NCBI GenBank assembly: GCA_013239625.1
Contig: MU054117.1
Location: 62,001-126,000 of the forward strand
DNA: 64,000 nt
Source of the DNA: Lama guanicoe
Lineage: Eukaryota
Direction of reading: 5' to 3'
Position numbers and translations under genes: made by a program. Positions 62,000 through 64,000 of this stretch are shown here, piece by piece (positions within the stretch are counted from its first letter, which is position 1; each line of letters starts with the position of its first letter). The notes beneath the pieces are model-generated. The model ran no database searches. It saw nothing but the letters and a program-made list of their open reading frames with translations, and was not told the DNA's origin.

Positions 62000-62440
62000 T
62001 GAGGATACCAAGCCTGGCTTTCCATGCTGCGGCCTCACCTGCCCTGCCATCCTCTTCCTCTCCCTGAACCCAGAGCTCCTGGAAGGCCCAAGTCTGCTCT
62101 CACCTGATGGCTCATGCTTCCTTCTGCCCCTAGAGACAGCGCCTGCCTTTTCTCAGCTTCATCCTCCGGGCCCAGGCAAGACAGCATTTCATTACCAAGG
62201 CCTTTCCTGACCGCCTTAGCCAAGGGGTTGCTTCCTCTTACCTTGTCCTGGTCTCTCTCCCACAGCCCTCTTCGCAGTCTGTAACTGTGAACTGGTTTGT
62301 CTGCGAGTTGACATCTATGCTGGTGATGACGTCTACCCTGTAATTCCATCTCTGAGGCGTGGGAAATGTTGTGTTCGCGTCTGTGCTCAAACCCAGCGTG
62401 ATGACTGTGTTTAGTGGGCTCACAGCAAGTGCTGTACTTT
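62000..62440 (+). mobile_element. L2 fragment
   Basis: 'tcagcttcatcctccgggcccagg...aggcctttcctgacc...tctgtgctcaaacccagc' follows the L2 3' region pattern. Confidence 0.5.
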
Positions 62441-64000
62441 TTTTGAGGGACAAGAAAGAAACATAAAATGACTAGTGATTTATCCTATAGATAATACTGC
62501 TTCAGTCGGTTTGCAACAGATAGGTCTTATGGAACCACCCAGTGTTCCTCTCCGGAGATAAAAATGGAAACTCTTGATCTAGGCAAAAAACATGAGCTTT
62601 TTTCCTTTCCTTTTTCCTTCCTCCCATTTCCCTCTCTCTGTTATTCCTTCTTTGGCTTGTCTTAGAAATGATTTAAGGCAACTTGGGCTCTTGGTCTGTG
62701 CTGTGGGTCAAGCAGGACTATTATTCTACACGGGATAGAAGCCTGTGTAATTCTAGAGACTTATTTTGCGACCCATTGGATCCTCAGTTTTCCTAAACTC
62801 TCAATCATTTTTGAGAAGCAGCCTGTGTTACTGGCCAGACCTGCTAGAAGAGGGGAGCTTTGAGTCTTATCTCTTTGCTGATTCCCCTTGGGCAAATTGG
62901 TGTGGGTATGTGTGTTTTTCCTCATCTTTTAAAGTGGACATAGTATCAGCTTTCCTGTGTGCCAAATACTGTCTGTGACTTGCTGTGAAATGTTTAAGTA
63001 GAGAACCTGAGGGGCCTGTTGAAGTCATGTCTCCAGAACACTTCAGGCTCATCAGGGAAGAAAGAGGCGCTGTGTGAACTCAGGGTGTATCGTCAATCAG
63101 ACTTTCCTTTGGTCGTCTTGTCTGCCCTGGCTGTGCCTTCTGCTGCTGCTTGGGCTGCCAGGATTTGCACATGAAAAGTCTCTGGATCGCCTCCCTCACC
63201 CTCCTGGCCCAGTGGCCACTGACTACCAGAAACAAACTCTAGGGGACTGTCCTTGGTGTGCGGAGTGGCACTGGGACTCGGGGTCTCTCCCCACGGCCTT
63301 CCAGGGGAAGGAGGTGCAGTCTTCTGCTCACCGAGAAGAGCTGGGCCAAGTTCTCCTAAGTCCTTGAGGAGCAGTTGGCCAGACACCAGGGTCTCCATTC
63401 TCCACCCCAGGCCACACTGGTCAGAGCCCCCTTTGGGAGACAGATGCAGGAGCCCCTGCAGTGAGAGCTGGGCCTGTTCATCACAGTGGCAGACTTGTTT
63501 TTAAGCTTTGGTTTTCACTTTCAAAAAAAGCATCTGATTTTAGCAGTAATACTGGGCATACATTTTTAAAAAGTGTAAATTCAGAAGCAGAATTTAATAA
63601 TTTTCCCCTCACTGTTTTTTTCTTTGTGTCTCCTTCTGCCTCCTGAGAAGTCCTGTTTCCTAATGCCTGTCCTTAAATTGGGGGTTGGTGGGAAGAGGCA
63701 CCACGCCCAACTGTCTAGGCCATATAATTTAATAGGATTCATAAAAAATGTAGAAAAACGTTTTATTTCCTGTGTTCCGTTGTTCCTGTTTGTCTTGTCC
63801 TGTGTGTCCACTGCACCTCACGTGGAGGCAGTGCTTCCTAAGCTGTGTTTCATGAACTGTTAAAAGTATTCTGGAGAAAATTAAAATATGTTCTTAATAA
63901 AGTGATTGAACTTTACTCAATTTTTTTGTAGAGGGGGTTTGTTTATAAAGCTTTAGAAAAAACTAACCATTTTTGCAGCAGTTCATTTATCCATGCATGA

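Larger units (their letters stand above)
46071..64000 (+). other. Probable long first intron of the CpG-island-2 gene
   Basis: Follows the donor. The + strand looks T/G-rich, resident L1 fragments are antisense (typical intronic bias), and no recognisable coding exon appears before the window end. Confidence 0.55.

Noticed and set aside
1..64000. CRISPR arrays, operons or other prokaryotic-type systems
   Set aside because: The sequence is eutherian (L1, L2, MIR, SINE, ERV content). No regularly spaced repeat-spacer array or gene-dense segment is present.

Overview
Mammalian genomic DNA, almost certainly camelid (camel/alpaca/llama), judged from six copies of a short tRNA-Ala-derived SINE matching the camelid Vic-1 family. 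I found no protein-coding exon I can support: the ORF track is explained by GC-rich chance ORFs and decayed transposons. There are two CpG-island promoters. Island 1 (~31.4-33.0 kb) has an RFX X-box and outward-facing splice donors on both strands, so it looks bidirectional. Island 2 (~45.45-46.55 kb) has CCAAT and GC boxes and a + strand first exon ending GAG|GTGAGA at 46070; the rest of the window looks like that gene's first intron, and I cannot name the gene. The remainder is repeat-rich: ERV1-type solo LTRs (four with 4-bp target-site duplications, TSDs), MaLR LTRs, L1/L2/MIR fragments, a Tigger1 nested in an L1, and hAT elements (MER5A, MER58B, MER63, MER96B). I see no convincing new biological system. 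The best leads are the bidirectional RFX-type promoter with a possible spliced antisense lncRNA, and patches of strong AT-to-GC substitution inside old repeats that suggest GC-biased gene conversion. Repeat family names come from recalled consensus sequences and need RepeatMasker/Dfam confirmation.
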